Shown here: piece by piece, positions 29,870 through 38,766 of the stretch
Layout: each line of letters starts with the position of its first letter
Numbering within the stretch: the first letter of the stretch is position 1
NCBI GenBank assembly: GCA_037142615.1
Contig: JBAXAI010000008.1
Coordinates: 1-64,000, forward strand
From: Spirochaetales bacterium
GTDB taxonomy: Bacteria > Spirochaetota > Spirochaetia > JABEVK01
Length of the DNA: 64,000 bases
Direction: 5' to 3'
Notes under the pieces: generated by a model
Databases searched by the model: none
What the model saw: only the letters and a program-made list of their open reading frames with translations
Told to the model about the DNA's origin: nothing
Position numbers and translations under genes: made by a program

Positions 29870-31027
29870 ATGAAACTCACCTTCCGGGCGACCCTGATCG
29901 CCCTCGCCGCCTCCGCGCTGATCACTTTGGCTGCCTGCAATCCCGGTACAACAGGCCTGTTTTCATACATTGGCCAGGAAACAAAGGACGTGTCAGGCAG
30001 TCTGACCAAGGCCACCGTCACGTCGATGGCCGAAGACTCCGCCAACTACTACGTGGCCGGCGGAGGTAAACTGTTCTCGCGCACCATTGCGGCGGGTACC
30101 TGGGAAAAGGTCACGATCACCAACCAAAACTGGTATCGGGCGGTCCGCAGCGTGGGGAACACTTCGGTTTACGCCCTCGCCGCTACCGCGATTGACACGG
30201 ATCCCGTCGTATTCTACGGAGCTTCCTGGGCCCCGGTGACGCTGTCTGGCGGTGAGGTGCCCGAAGATCTGGTCCCGGTCGTTGGAAGCGACGGGCACAG
30301 CGTTGTGGCGGTTGTCGTCGTGACGAAAACGACGGTTCAGACCACCAAGACCGCTTTCAACACGGTGTATGTGCTGGGTGACTCGGGCGCTGCGACCCGG
30401 GTCGACCTCGGGGCGGCCTTTGGTGCCGACGTGGGTACCAAGGTTCTCTCGGCGGCGTACGACGGCACCAACATGTACTTGCTCAATGACACAGCGTTGT
30501 TTACGGCAAGTTTCAATCCCGCTTCAGTTGCCGTAGGCTCGTTGACGCAGGTCACCGGCCCGCCCGCGGGTCTCGACTACGCGGCCATTCTTTCGGTGAG
30601 CGGTTCCACTGCGACGCTCGATGGCTTCTATTTGGCCACCAAGAAGCTCAATAGCGCTGGAAGTTCGATCTACCGCAGCACCTCGGGCACCTCTTGGGGT
30701 TCGCCAACGACGCTGGTCACCAACGCCAAGGCCTCGAGCGTCGCTATCGAAGTCACGTCGATGGTGTTTCCAGCGGCCAGTGCCCCCTGCGTCTACGTCG
30801 GCACCGAATCGGCCGGCTATGGCGAATTGACGGCCACAGCGATATCGCCTTGGGCCGCTACACCCGTGGCAACAACCATAACAGGCGGCTACGACGCGAC
30901 GGCATTGCCAACGTCCTACGTTACCTTGCTTTACGTCGCGGCGAATGGCACCAACCCGGTGTTTTTGGGTGCGGATACCCTGGGCCTTTGGGCGCATAGC
31001 GCCGACAACAAGTGGTCGCAGGAATAG
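29870..31027 (+). CDS. Lipoprotein, probable beta-propeller (Tp0136/BB0028-like)
   Basis: Lipobox TLAAC; N-terminus GLFSYIGQE...YYVAGGGKLFSR...W; beta-rich with Trp-ending blades. Confidence 0.6.
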   Translation: MKLTFRATLIALAASALITLAACNPGTTGLFSYIGQETKDVSGSLTKATVTSMAEDSANYYVAGGGKLFSRTIAAGTWEKVTITNQNWYRAVRSVGNTSVYALAATAIDTDPVVFYGASWAPVTLSGGEVPEDLVPVVGSDGHSVVAVVVVTKTTVQTTKTAFNTVYVLGDSGAATRVDLGAAFGADVGTKVLSAAYDGTNMYLLNDTALFTASFNPASVAVGSLTQVTGPPAGLDYAAILSVSGSTATLDGFYLATKKLNSAGSSIYRSTSGTSWGSPTTLVTNAKASSVAIEVTSMVFPAASAPCVYVGTESAGYGELTATAISPWAATPVATTITGGYDATALPTSYVTLLYVAANGTNPVFLGADTLGLWAHSADNKWSQE

Positions 31028-31050
31028 CCTAACTCCCAGGCAAAAGGGAC

Positions 31051-31090
31051 AAAAAAGAGGCTGACCCGTACTTTGGGATCAGCCTCTCTT
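31051..31090 (-). terminator. Intrinsic terminator for amtB-glnK (possibly bidirectional)
   Basis: AGAGGCTGA...TCAGCCTCT stem preceded by A6 (a U-tract on the minus strand), between convergent genes. Confidence 0.7.
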
Positions 31091-31123
31091 CGGTTCTTGC
31101 GCGACAGAACGGGTGACAGGCTC

Positions 31124-31462
31124 CTAGACGGCCTTTTCGCCGCGTTCCTTGGTGCGAACGCGCACCGCATCCTTCACATCGCTGATGAAGATCTTTCCGT
31201 CGCCGACGTTGCCGGTGAACGCGGTGGTCACCACCGCCTCAATGATCTTCTCGACAAGGTCGTCGGTGACGACAGCTTCGATCTTCACCTTGGGGATGAA
31301 CATCAGCTTGTATTCCTTGCCGCGGAACTGCTCCACAATGCCCTTCTGGCGGCCGTGGCCTTCAACCTGGCTCACGGTGATCCCCGAATGTCCGAGGGCC
31401 TCGAGGGCGTCAACAATGTCTTCCAACTTTTCGGGCCGGACAATCGCTTCAATTCGTTTCAT
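31124..31462 (-). CDS. glnK: P-II nitrogen regulator
   Basis: GHGRQKG, FRGKEY T-loop, TGNVGDGKIF; directly downstream of amtB. Confidence 0.93.
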   Translation of the reverse strand: MKRIEAIVRPEKLEDIVDALEALGHSGITVSQVEGHGRQKGIVEQFRGKEYKLMFIPKVKIEAVVTDDLVEKIIEAVVTTAFTGNVGDGKIFISDVKDAVRVRTKERGEKAV

Positions 31463-31477
31463 GTCATACCTCCTGTT

Positions 31478-32908
31478 TTACCTATCGCCTTGCTTTTCGC
31501 CATGCTGGGTCAAGTCCAGGCCAATGACTTCTTCCTGGGGTTCCACACGGACCTTGGTGACCAGGCTCACAATGAAGTAGCACACGAGCGTTCCGATCAC
31601 GGCGAACGCGATAGCGATCAGGATGGAAAGGGCCTGCATGCCCAACTGGGTCCAGTTCCCGTACAAACCACCAGCCGCCGGCGTCACACCGTCGAAATAG
31701 TAGCCGATCGCCGGGTTGGCGAATACACCGGTCAACAACGCGCCCGTGGTGCCGCCGACGGCATGAATACCGAAAGCGTCGAGCGAGTCGTCGTACTTGA
31801 GCGCCTTCTTGATGAAGGCCACGAACACGTAACAGACGATCGAAACCGCGATACCAATCACCAGGGCACCGGTCACATCGACAAAGCCAGAAGCGGGGGT
31901 GATCGCGACCAAGCCCGCCACCACACCGGTCGAAGCACCGATCAAAGTGGGCTTCTTGTGGTGGATGTACTCAATGACAATCCAGGTCAAGGCAGCCATC
32001 GCGGCGGCGGTGTTCGTCACCAGGAAGGCCGAACCAGCCAGACCGTTGGCGGCCACTGCCGACCCGGCGTTGAAGCCGAACCACCCCACCCACAGCATAC
32101 CGGCACCGATGAAGGTGAACCCGATGTTGTTGGGAATGATCGAATCCTTGCCGTAGCGAACCCGGGGCCCGAGCAGAAGAGCCAGAACCAGTGCCGAGAC
32201 ACCGGAGCTGATGTGCACCACCAAACCACCGGCAAAGTCGAGCGTGTTGCTCTTGGGAACGCCGAACAGCGCACCGATCGAGCTTTGCGAGTCAAACACG
32301 CTCAGCCAACCGCCGCCCCAAACCATGTGGGCCAACGGAGCATAGACCACGAGCGACCAAAGAGCCGAGAAGAGGATCCAGGCCGTGATGCTCATGCGTT
32401 CCACCACAGCACCCGAAATCAGGGCGACGGTGATGATGGCAAACATCAGCTGGAACATCGAAAAGACATTCTCAGGAATCAGATACCACGTCGAGTCGCG
32501 CGTCACCCCGTTCAGGAAGAGCTTCGAAAAGTCCCCCAAAATACCCGGAATGATTTCCTTGGCGCTGAAGGCCATGGAGTATTGCGCCACCACCCAGACG
32601 ATGCTCACCACGACGGCAGAAGCCATCGAGTAATACATCGTCGACAGGATGTTCTTGCGGCGGACCATGCCACCGTAGAACAAGGCCAAGCCGGGTACAG
32701 TCATGAGCAGAACCAACGCCGCCGAAGTCAACATCCAGGCGGTGTCACCCGCTCCGTGTGCCGAGGTGATCGAGGCCTTCAGTCCGTCGAGATCTGCGTT
32801 GGTCAGCGCTGCGACCGCCGCAGGGTCAGGCTTGGCGTCCTGTGCGAAACCCAAGAGCGGGGTTCCTACCAGGGCTGCCACCAGCACCAGTTTTAACAAT
32901 CGTTTCAT
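31478..32908 (-). CDS. amtB: Ammonium transporter
   Basis: DTAWML, PGLALFYGGMVR, DFAGGLVVH, WFGFNAGS, DDSLDAFGIH; SD AGGAGGAGG. Confidence 0.96.
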   Translation of the reverse strand: MKRLLKLVLVAALVGTPLLGFAQDAKPDPAAVAALTNADLDGLKASITSAHGAGDTAWMLTSAALVLLMTVPGLALFYGGMVRRKNILSTMYYSMASAVVVSIVWVVAQYSMAFSAKEIIPGILGDFSKLFLNGVTRDSTWYLIPENVFSMFQLMFAIITVALISGAVVERMSITAWILFSALWSLVVYAPLAHMVWGGGWLSVFDSQSSIGALFGVPKSNTLDFAGGLVVHISSGVSALVLALLLGPRVRYGKDSIIPNNIGFTFIGAGMLWVGWFGFNAGSAVAANGLAGSAFLVTNTAAAMAALTWIVIEYIHHKKPTLIGASTGVVAGLVAITPASGFVDVTGALVIGIAVSIVCYVFVAFIKKALKYDDSLDAFGIHAVGGTTGALLTGVFANPAIGYYFDGVTPAAGGLYGNWTQLGMQALSILIAIAFAVIGTLVCYFIVSLVTKVRVEPQEEVIGLDLTQHGEKQGDR

Positions 32909-33215
32909 TTCCTCCTCCTTAGGTAGGTCTGGCATCAACATACCAAGAGTTCGTTCCCTGCGAAATACCAAAATGTCGCAATCATATCAGCAGGACCTCA
33001 CTTACTACATATTTGTACTATTTCCCGTGCATTCTTCCTCTTGGAAGTAATCCCAGCCGAATCGACCCACAGTTCTTTTTGGAATAACAACTTAGTTGAA
33101 GTTCGTTTTCGGTCGGGCAACACACTTTGGAAGCTTCTGAGCGGAAATACCCTTGAAATACGTATACATCCGTTGGTGGTTTTTCGCGGAAGTTTTTTGG
33201 GTGGGGGGCTTTTCC

Positions 33216-33244
33216 TTGAATTGCCGGGAGGTCAGGGCTACACT
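33216..33244 (+). promoter_or_regulatory. Putative sigma-70 promoter, 8 nt before the ATG (near-leaderless)
   Basis: TTGAAT-N17-TACACT. Confidence 0.55.
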
Positions 33245-33252
33245 GTAGACCT

Positions 33253-34140
33253 ATGATCAAGGGTTTTACCAATCGAGAACCACAGGACGGCAAACTGGCT
33301 CTCACCAACGGGGGATCGTTGTCCCTGTTCTTTCTGGGGGTCGGCGGCGCGTTCTCGAAGCGTCACTACCAGACCAACCTCTTGGTGGTGAAGGGCGAAG
33401 ACCACTTGATGGTGGATTGCGGCACCAAAACCCCCCAGGCCTTCTTTGAGCTCGGGCTTCCCATCGCCCACGTCAAAAACTTCTTCCTGACGCATTCGCA
33501 CGCTGACCACATCGGCGGCCTCGAAGAAGTGATGCTCATCGCCCGCTACGGAACCAACACCCGACCCCACGTGTGGATCACCGAGGCCTATCAATCTTCG
33601 CTGTGGGACATGAGCCTTCGCGGAGGGAGCGCCTTCAACGAGGAGACGGCAGGCAAGAACCTCACCTTTGGCGACATGTGGCAGGTCCACCGCCCTGGAT
33701 GGCTCAAGAACTACCCCCGGGAAACCTGGGAGTTCGACGTTGGTGGTATCAACTTCAAGGCCTTTCGCACCATGCACTTTCCGGGCAATTCCTCCAGTTG
33801 GGTCGATAGCGCCTGGAGTACCGGCCTGGTGATCGACAACCGGATCTTCTATTCGGGCGATACCAAGTTTGACCGGGATCTTGTGCTGAGTTTCGACGCA
33901 CTGTTCCCCATCGAGACTTACTTCCACGACTGTCAGTTCTTGCCGCCGGGGGGAGTTCACGCGTCCATCGAGGAACTCAAGACGCTGCCACCCAAGATCA
34001 AGGCGAAGATGGTGTTGATGCACTACGGGGACGACTGGGAGAAGAAGGAGTCACTGGTGGCTGACTACGGTTTCCGGGGCCTCGCCCGCCAGTGGTCCTG
34101 GTATGACTACGCCAAGGCAAGCAAGGCCGGCAAGGCGTAA
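33253..34140 (+). CDS. MBL-fold metallohydrolase (RNase Z/phosphodiesterase-like)
   Basis: VDCG, THSHADHIGG, YSGDT, VHAS, MHYGD. Confidence 0.88.
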   Translation: MIKGFTNREPQDGKLALTNGGSLSLFFLGVGGAFSKRHYQTNLLVVKGEDHLMVDCGTKTPQAFFELGLPIAHVKNFFLTHSHADHIGGLEEVMLIARYGTNTRPHVWITEAYQSSLWDMSLRGGSAFNEETAGKNLTFGDMWQVHRPGWLKNYPRETWEFDVGGINFKAFRTMHFPGNSSSWVDSAWSTGLVIDNRIFYSGDTKFDRDLVLSFDALFPIETYFHDCQFLPPGGVHASIEELKTLPPKIKAKMVLMHYGDDWEKKESLVADYGFRGLARQWSWYDYAKASKAGKA

Positions 34141-34760
34141 ACATCGTCCATCGATTCCACCAAGACGCCACCTGAGCCCCGCGAAACCGGCACTTCGAGG
34201 TCGACAGGGTAGCGATCACCGATGGCCACCACTTGGGTCGGAGCCAGGTCGAGCGCGCTGTAGGCCAGGTCGAACGCCCGAGGGTGCGGCTTCGAGTGCC
34301 CGCTCTCGTCCAACCCGATGATGCGCGGAAAGTACTTTTCGACTCCGAGCGCCACCAAGGTTCGCCGGGCGATATCGGCGGGGTTGTTCGTCACCAGCAC
34401 CAGTTTGGCCCGGGATTCCAGCTGTTCCAAAGCGGCGATGAGCCGTTCGTCGCGCACCAGGTAGTCTTCCGGCCGAATGGCGCGGCGCCGCAGTTCTACA
34501 CTTTGGGCAATAGGCACGCCAAGCGCGCCCAGCAGCGTGTTCCCGAAACTGGGCTTTTTGCCAGCGTTGGCAGCGCGGAAGTCCGCGTCCCAGGCGTCGA
34601 TCGCGGTTTCGAGGTCAGCAACGGTTCGGCCGAGGTCTTGGGCCAGCAGCACAACTTGATTTTTGAGCTGGGAAGAATAATAGTCGTCGTGGCGATAGAG
34701 CGTGAGGTCCATGTCGAAGATCAGGCCGCGTACGGCGGCGCCGAGGTTGTAGGTAACCAT
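34107..34760 (-). CDS. HAD-family hydrolase
   Basis: IFDMDLTLY, TN, KPHP, IGDRYPVD. Confidence 0.85.
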   Translation of the reverse strand: MVTYNLGAAVRGLIFDMDLTLYRHDDYYSSQLKNQVVLLAQDLGRTVADLETAIDAWDADFRAANAGKKPSFGNTLLGALGVPIAQSVELRRRAIRPEDYLVRDERLIAALEQLESRAKLVLVTNNPADIARRTLVALGVEKYFPRIIGLDESGHSKPHPRAFDLAYSALDLAPTQVVAIGDRYPVDLEVPVSRGSGGVLVESMDDVYALPALLALA

Positions 34761-34761
34761 T

Positions 34762-35760
34762 GTGAATTCCGAATTTCATTACTATACGACGTGGTTCCTG
34801 GCGGTCAAGGCAGGGTTTTCGGACCCGGAAGCAGCTCGACTGTCGTGGGCTTGTCAGTATACCGACCACCACAACCGCGCAGTGGTTATCCGCCACCCCC
34901 GAGGTGTGCTGGAGTCGCGGCCTTCGCAAAACTACTCCTTTTGGGAAGATTCGGTGATTCAGGAGGCCTACCTACCGTTCCACTTCTTCCCCTCGTGGGA
35001 GCCGATGTCCAGCGTTCGTATTGACGGGCTGGTCTCGCCGCGCGATGTGCGGCCCAACAGTCCGGGCGTGAAGGCATTGCTGGTCGCCGCGCTGCGCACC
35101 CGAAATCTGGAACGGATCGGCATCGCCCTGCATACTTTTGCCGACAGTTGGGCCCATCAGAACTTCACCGCGTGGGCTGAGGACTTCAACCGCCTGCCGA
35201 CCGGCGCACGGGTGGACCCGTCGCAGGGCCTGCCGGCCCCCGGTCATTCGCAGGCCGGCTGGCAACCCGACGAGTGGCTTACCGAGTGGACGGACTCCCG
35301 CTTGAACGAGAGCCGGATTGTCAACCGCGTTCGCTATCTGGACTGCGCAGGGAAGATTTACCGCTACCTGTGCGTGTTTCGGGGTCGCGAGTTTGCCGAT
35401 CAAAGCGCCGTACTGGCCGAGCTCGAGACCTACATTCTGGCCGGACGCGGGCGCGATACAACGGCCGAGCGTATGCTAGATCTGGTTATTGCTTGCAGCA
35501 TGGAACCTTACGACCGGGATGGTCCGGTCGGGCGCGCCGTCGAGTTGCCTGTGGAAGACGAAAGCCCGTTGCCTGCGCTCGACCACATCCGTCACCTCGG
35601 CCGGGAATTGTGGAACCGTACCGGTCTGGCGGCCCCGAGAGAACTGACGGCCAAGCCCGGCTTCGAGGACAGCGCTTACGCGTCTTGGCTGCGCGCGGCT
35701 GACGAGCATCGGTCGTTGGCGCTCGGTCTGGTGCGGGAAAACTCGGGGTCGATTCTATGA
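34762..35760 (+). CDS. DUF6765-like protein (putative His/Asp zinc site)
   Basis: N-terminal FHYY...AGF...QYTD, PFHF, GIALHTFADSWAHQNF, GH. Confidence 0.7.
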   Translation: MNSEFHYYTTWFLAVKAGFSDPEAARLSWACQYTDHHNRAVVIRHPRGVLESRPSQNYSFWEDSVIQEAYLPFHFFPSWEPMSSVRIDGLVSPRDVRPNSPGVKALLVAALRTRNLERIGIALHTFADSWAHQNFTAWAEDFNRLPTGARVDPSQGLPAPGHSQAGWQPDEWLTEWTDSRLNESRIVNRVRYLDCAGKIYRYLCVFRGREFADQSAVLAELETYILAGRGRDTTAERMLDLVIACSMEPYDRDGPVGRAVELPVEDESPLPALDHIRHLGRELWNRTGLAAPRELTAKPGFEDSAYASWLRAADEHRSLALGLVRENSGSIL

Positions 35761-37094
35761 TCAAACTGCTGCTGCTTCTGCTGACCCTGTCCTCACCTCT
35801 CCTGGAGGCTCAGTCGTCGCTGGAAACAGGACTGGTCCTGCCCGAGGGCTTTCAGGGGCTCGTTCCGCTGCCGCCAAGCCAAGGAAATTATCGGCTGGAG
35901 GTGCTCTCGGGGCCGGGGCTCATTCCCGAGGCTCACGTCGAACGCTCCCTTCCAGAGGGCTGGCTCGCAGTGGCCGGCAACACCCGGCCCGACGGGTCCC
36001 GCCAGTCCAGGATCGACTTGACGGCGCGGGGAGAGACCTTGCGCGTTCGTTTTCCGACAGCGCTCAGGGCGCAGGCTACGCTGACCTGGCGTCCCTTGGG
36101 TTTTGCGACACTCCAGAGTCAACTCCAGGAAACCTTTTCGGGAGCACTCGCGCAGACCACAGCCCTCAGAGCCCGCGTCTTGTCGGTTCCGCCCGTCTTT
36201 TCGCTCGCTCGCACCGTTCTGGATGCGCAGGGCTCCGCGTGGACGGTACTCGCGTCGGCGGACCGGCGAAGCGTTCAACTGTGGTCCCCCAACCGGGGCT
36301 CAGCGATCGGTGACCCGCTTTTTGCCCCCCAGGGCTGGACAGAAATGAAACTGACCTTGGATGCCGAAGGACGGCTCCTGTTGTTGTTGGAGGCGCCTGC
36401 TGGAGCTTCCAACAGCAGCCTGTTCACCTGGACCGGGTCGGCTTGGGCCGCCGAAGCTTTTCCTGCGGCCTGGACGGGACCCTTTTCGTGGACCAAAGGC
36501 CCGACCCTTTGGGGAATAGCGGGCACAGCAACGGGCCGAAGTGTACGGCTGGAATCGGCGCGCTGGTTGTCGCCGGGTTGGGGGCGTATCCGGAGTGAGG
36601 CGGAACTCAGCACCCCCGCGTACCGCTTGGCAGAAACCGCTCAGGCGCTGTTTCTCGCTCTGCCGGGCCCCAGCGGGGGAATCTCGCGCCGCCTGACGGC
36701 CCCAAACTCGGTGTGGACAGCTCTCGGTGGACCGCAGTTCGCTTCCCTGCCGCTGCTGGGAACGCTGGACGAGGCTTTGGCAGTGCTTGGTCAGGGCACG
36801 GGCAATGGGATGCAGATCTGGTCGACCGCAGGCTGGCAAACCTTCGACCTTCCTTCCCGCCCGTTGCGGCTCTCGAACGGACCGGGGGTCCTGTTAGGCT
36901 GGACGGAAAGCCGGGATCTGCTTCAATTCGATGGTGTCGGTTGGAGGACGCCACTGGCGCTGTCCTCTCTGACCCCTGCGCCCGGTCCTTGGGAGGCCGA
37001 GTTCCTGCCTCCGGAGCCGGGGGCAAAGTCAGGAACCCTGGTGCTTTCCAGGGCTACCGAGACGCGGCGCCTCGACCTCTACGACTTGCCTTAA
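35757..37094 (+). CDS. Hypothetical exported Trp/Gly-rich protein (possible beta-propeller)
   Basis: Signal peptide; ATGA overlap with the upstream gene; repeated W-x-G-x-x-W motifs. Confidence 0.6.
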   Translation: MIKLLLLLLTLSSPLLEAQSSLETGLVLPEGFQGLVPLPPSQGNYRLEVLSGPGLIPEAHVERSLPEGWLAVAGNTRPDGSRQSRIDLTARGETLRVRFPTALRAQATLTWRPLGFATLQSQLQETFSGALAQTTALRARVLSVPPVFSLARTVLDAQGSAWTVLASADRRSVQLWSPNRGSAIGDPLFAPQGWTEMKLTLDAEGRLLLLLEAPAGASNSSLFTWTGSAWAAEAFPAAWTGPFSWTKGPTLWGIAGTATGRSVRLESARWLSPGWGRIRSEAELSTPAYRLAETAQALFLALPGPSGGISRRLTAPNSVWTALGGPQFASLPLLGTLDEALAVLGQGTGNGMQIWSTAGWQTFDLPSRPLRLSNGPGVLLGWTESRDLLQFDGVGWRTPLALSSLTPAPGPWEAEFLPPEPGAKSGTLVLSRATETRRLDLYDLP

Positions 37095-37114
37095 CCGGCC
37101 CTCCGGGGTACACT
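37086..37114 (+). promoter_or_regulatory. Putative sigma-70 promoter, 8 nt before the ABC-F ATG
   Basis: TTGCCT-N17-TACACT; no SD before ATG 37123. Confidence 0.5.
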
Positions 37115-37122
37115 CCGTTCCC

Positions 37123-38757
37123 ATGATCACCGCCACCAACATTTCTCTGGCCTTCGGCAAACGCTTTCTGTTCAAAGAAGTTAACCTCAAGTTCACTCCC
37201 GGCAACTGCTACGGGCTGATCGGAGCCAACGGCGCCGGCAAGTCAACCTTCCTGAAAATTCTCTCGGGGGAGATCGAGCCGGACTCGGGCGAGGTGACCA
37301 TTCCTCCCAACTACCGGCTGGCGGTGCTGGGTCAGGACCAGTTCGCGTACGACGAATACACGGTGCTCAATACCGTGATCGTGGGTCACGCGAAGCTCTG
37401 GTCAGTCATGCAGGAACGCGAGGCCCTGTACGCCAAGGATGACCTGAACGACGACGAGGGCATGCGGGTGGCCGAGCTCGAAGGTGAGTTTGCCGAGATG
37501 GGCGGTTGGGAAGCCGAAAGTGAGGCCGGAACCCTGCTCGACGGCCTGGGAATTTCCGAAAACTCACACGCCAAGCTGATGCGCGATCTTGACCCCAGCG
37601 AAAAAGTGCGGGTGCTTCTGGCTCAGGCGCTGTTTGGCAACCCCGATGTGCTGCTGCTCGACGAACCCACCAACCACCTTGACCTCGAGTCGATCACCTG
37701 GCTCAACAACTTCCTTGAGAACTTTCCCAACACCGTGATCGTGGTCAGCCACGACCGGCACTTCCTCAACCAGGTGTGCACGCACATTGCCGACGTCGAT
37801 TACGGCGCGATCAACCTTTACGTGGGCAACTACGACTTCTGGTACCAAATGAGCCAAATGCTGGTCCGGCAAAAGAAAGAAGAAAAGAGGCGCTCGGAAG
37901 ACAAGGCTGCGGAGCTCAAGGCCTTCATCGCCCGCTTTGCTTCGAACGCTTCCAAAGCGAGGCAAGCGACAAGCCGTCAGAAACTGCTGGAGAAGCTGGA
38001 CCTAGACAGTCTCAAGCCGTCGAGCCGCAAGTTCCCCTACATTGGCTTCAAGGCCGAGCGAGAGTGCGGCAAGGTGATCGTCACCGTGAAAAACCTTTGC
38101 AAGACCATCGAAGGCGTCAAGGTGCTCGACAACATCAGTTTCACCATCGAAACCGGCGAAAAGGCCGCCTTTCTGGGTGACAGCCAGAAGAAGACCGCCC
38201 TGTTTGAGATTCTTGGCGGCGAGCTGGCAGCCGACTCCGGGACCATTGAGTGGGGCCAAACGATTCTCAAGACGTACTTTCCCAACGACAACAGCCGGTA
38301 CTTCCAGAGCGACATGAGCCTGGTCGAATGGCTGGCTCAGTACAGCAAGGAGCAGGACGAGACCTACCTCCGTGGTTTCCTGGGGCGCATGCTGTTTTCG
38401 GGCGACGAGGCCCTCAAGCCTGTCAACGTGCTCTCGGGGGGCGAAAAGGTTCGCTGCATGATGAGCAAGATGATGATGGTGGGCGCCAACCTGCTGATTC
38501 TCGACGAGCCGACCAACCACCTTGACCTCGAATCGATCACCACCCTCAACACCGCCATGAACGAGTTCACCGAGGTCATTCTGTTCACCAGCCACGACCA
38601 CGAACTCAACGCCACGGCGGCCAACCGCATCATCGAGTTCACGCCCATGGGCATGATCGACCGCAAGATCACCTTCGAAGAGTACTTGGCCAGCGCCGAG
38701 GTGCGTAAACTCCGCGACACTCATTACCATGGACACGTGCGGTTGACGCTGGACTGA
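37123..38757 (+). CDS. ABC-F ribosome-associated ATPase (YbiT/YkpA-like)
   Basis: Two ABC domains (GANGAGKST, DEPTNHLD twice), linker ARFASNASKARQATSR, no TM segments. Confidence 0.92.
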   Translation: MITATNISLAFGKRFLFKEVNLKFTPGNCYGLIGANGAGKSTFLKILSGEIEPDSGEVTIPPNYRLAVLGQDQFAYDEYTVLNTVIVGHAKLWSVMQEREALYAKDDLNDDEGMRVAELEGEFAEMGGWEAESEAGTLLDGLGISENSHAKLMRDLDPSEKVRVLLAQALFGNPDVLLLDEPTNHLDLESITWLNNFLENFPNTVIVVSHDRHFLNQVCTHIADVDYGAINLYVGNYDFWYQMSQMLVRQKKEEKRRSEDKAAELKAFIARFASNASKARQATSRQKLLEKLDLDSLKPSSRKFPYIGFKAERECGKVIVTVKNLCKTIEGVKVLDNISFTIETGEKAAFLGDSQKKTALFEILGGELAADSGTIEWGQTILKTYFPNDNSRYFQSDMSLVEWLAQYSKEQDETYLRGFLGRMLFSGDEALKPVNVLSGGEKVRCMMSKMMMVGANLLILDEPTNHLDLESITTLNTAMNEFTEVILFTSHDHELNATAANRIIEFTPMGMIDRKITFEEYLASAEVRKLRDTHYHGHVRLTLD

Positions 38758-38766
38758 GTTGGAAGG

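Noticed and set aside
32929-32946. Sigma-54 promoter for amtB (TTGGTATGTTGATGC on the minus strand)
   Set aside because: GG-to-GC spacing is 9 nt rather than the required 10.
34760-34781. Rex operator (TTGTGAA...)
   Set aside because: Only one half-site; no TTCACAA at the correct spacing. None found upstream of the CoA operon either.
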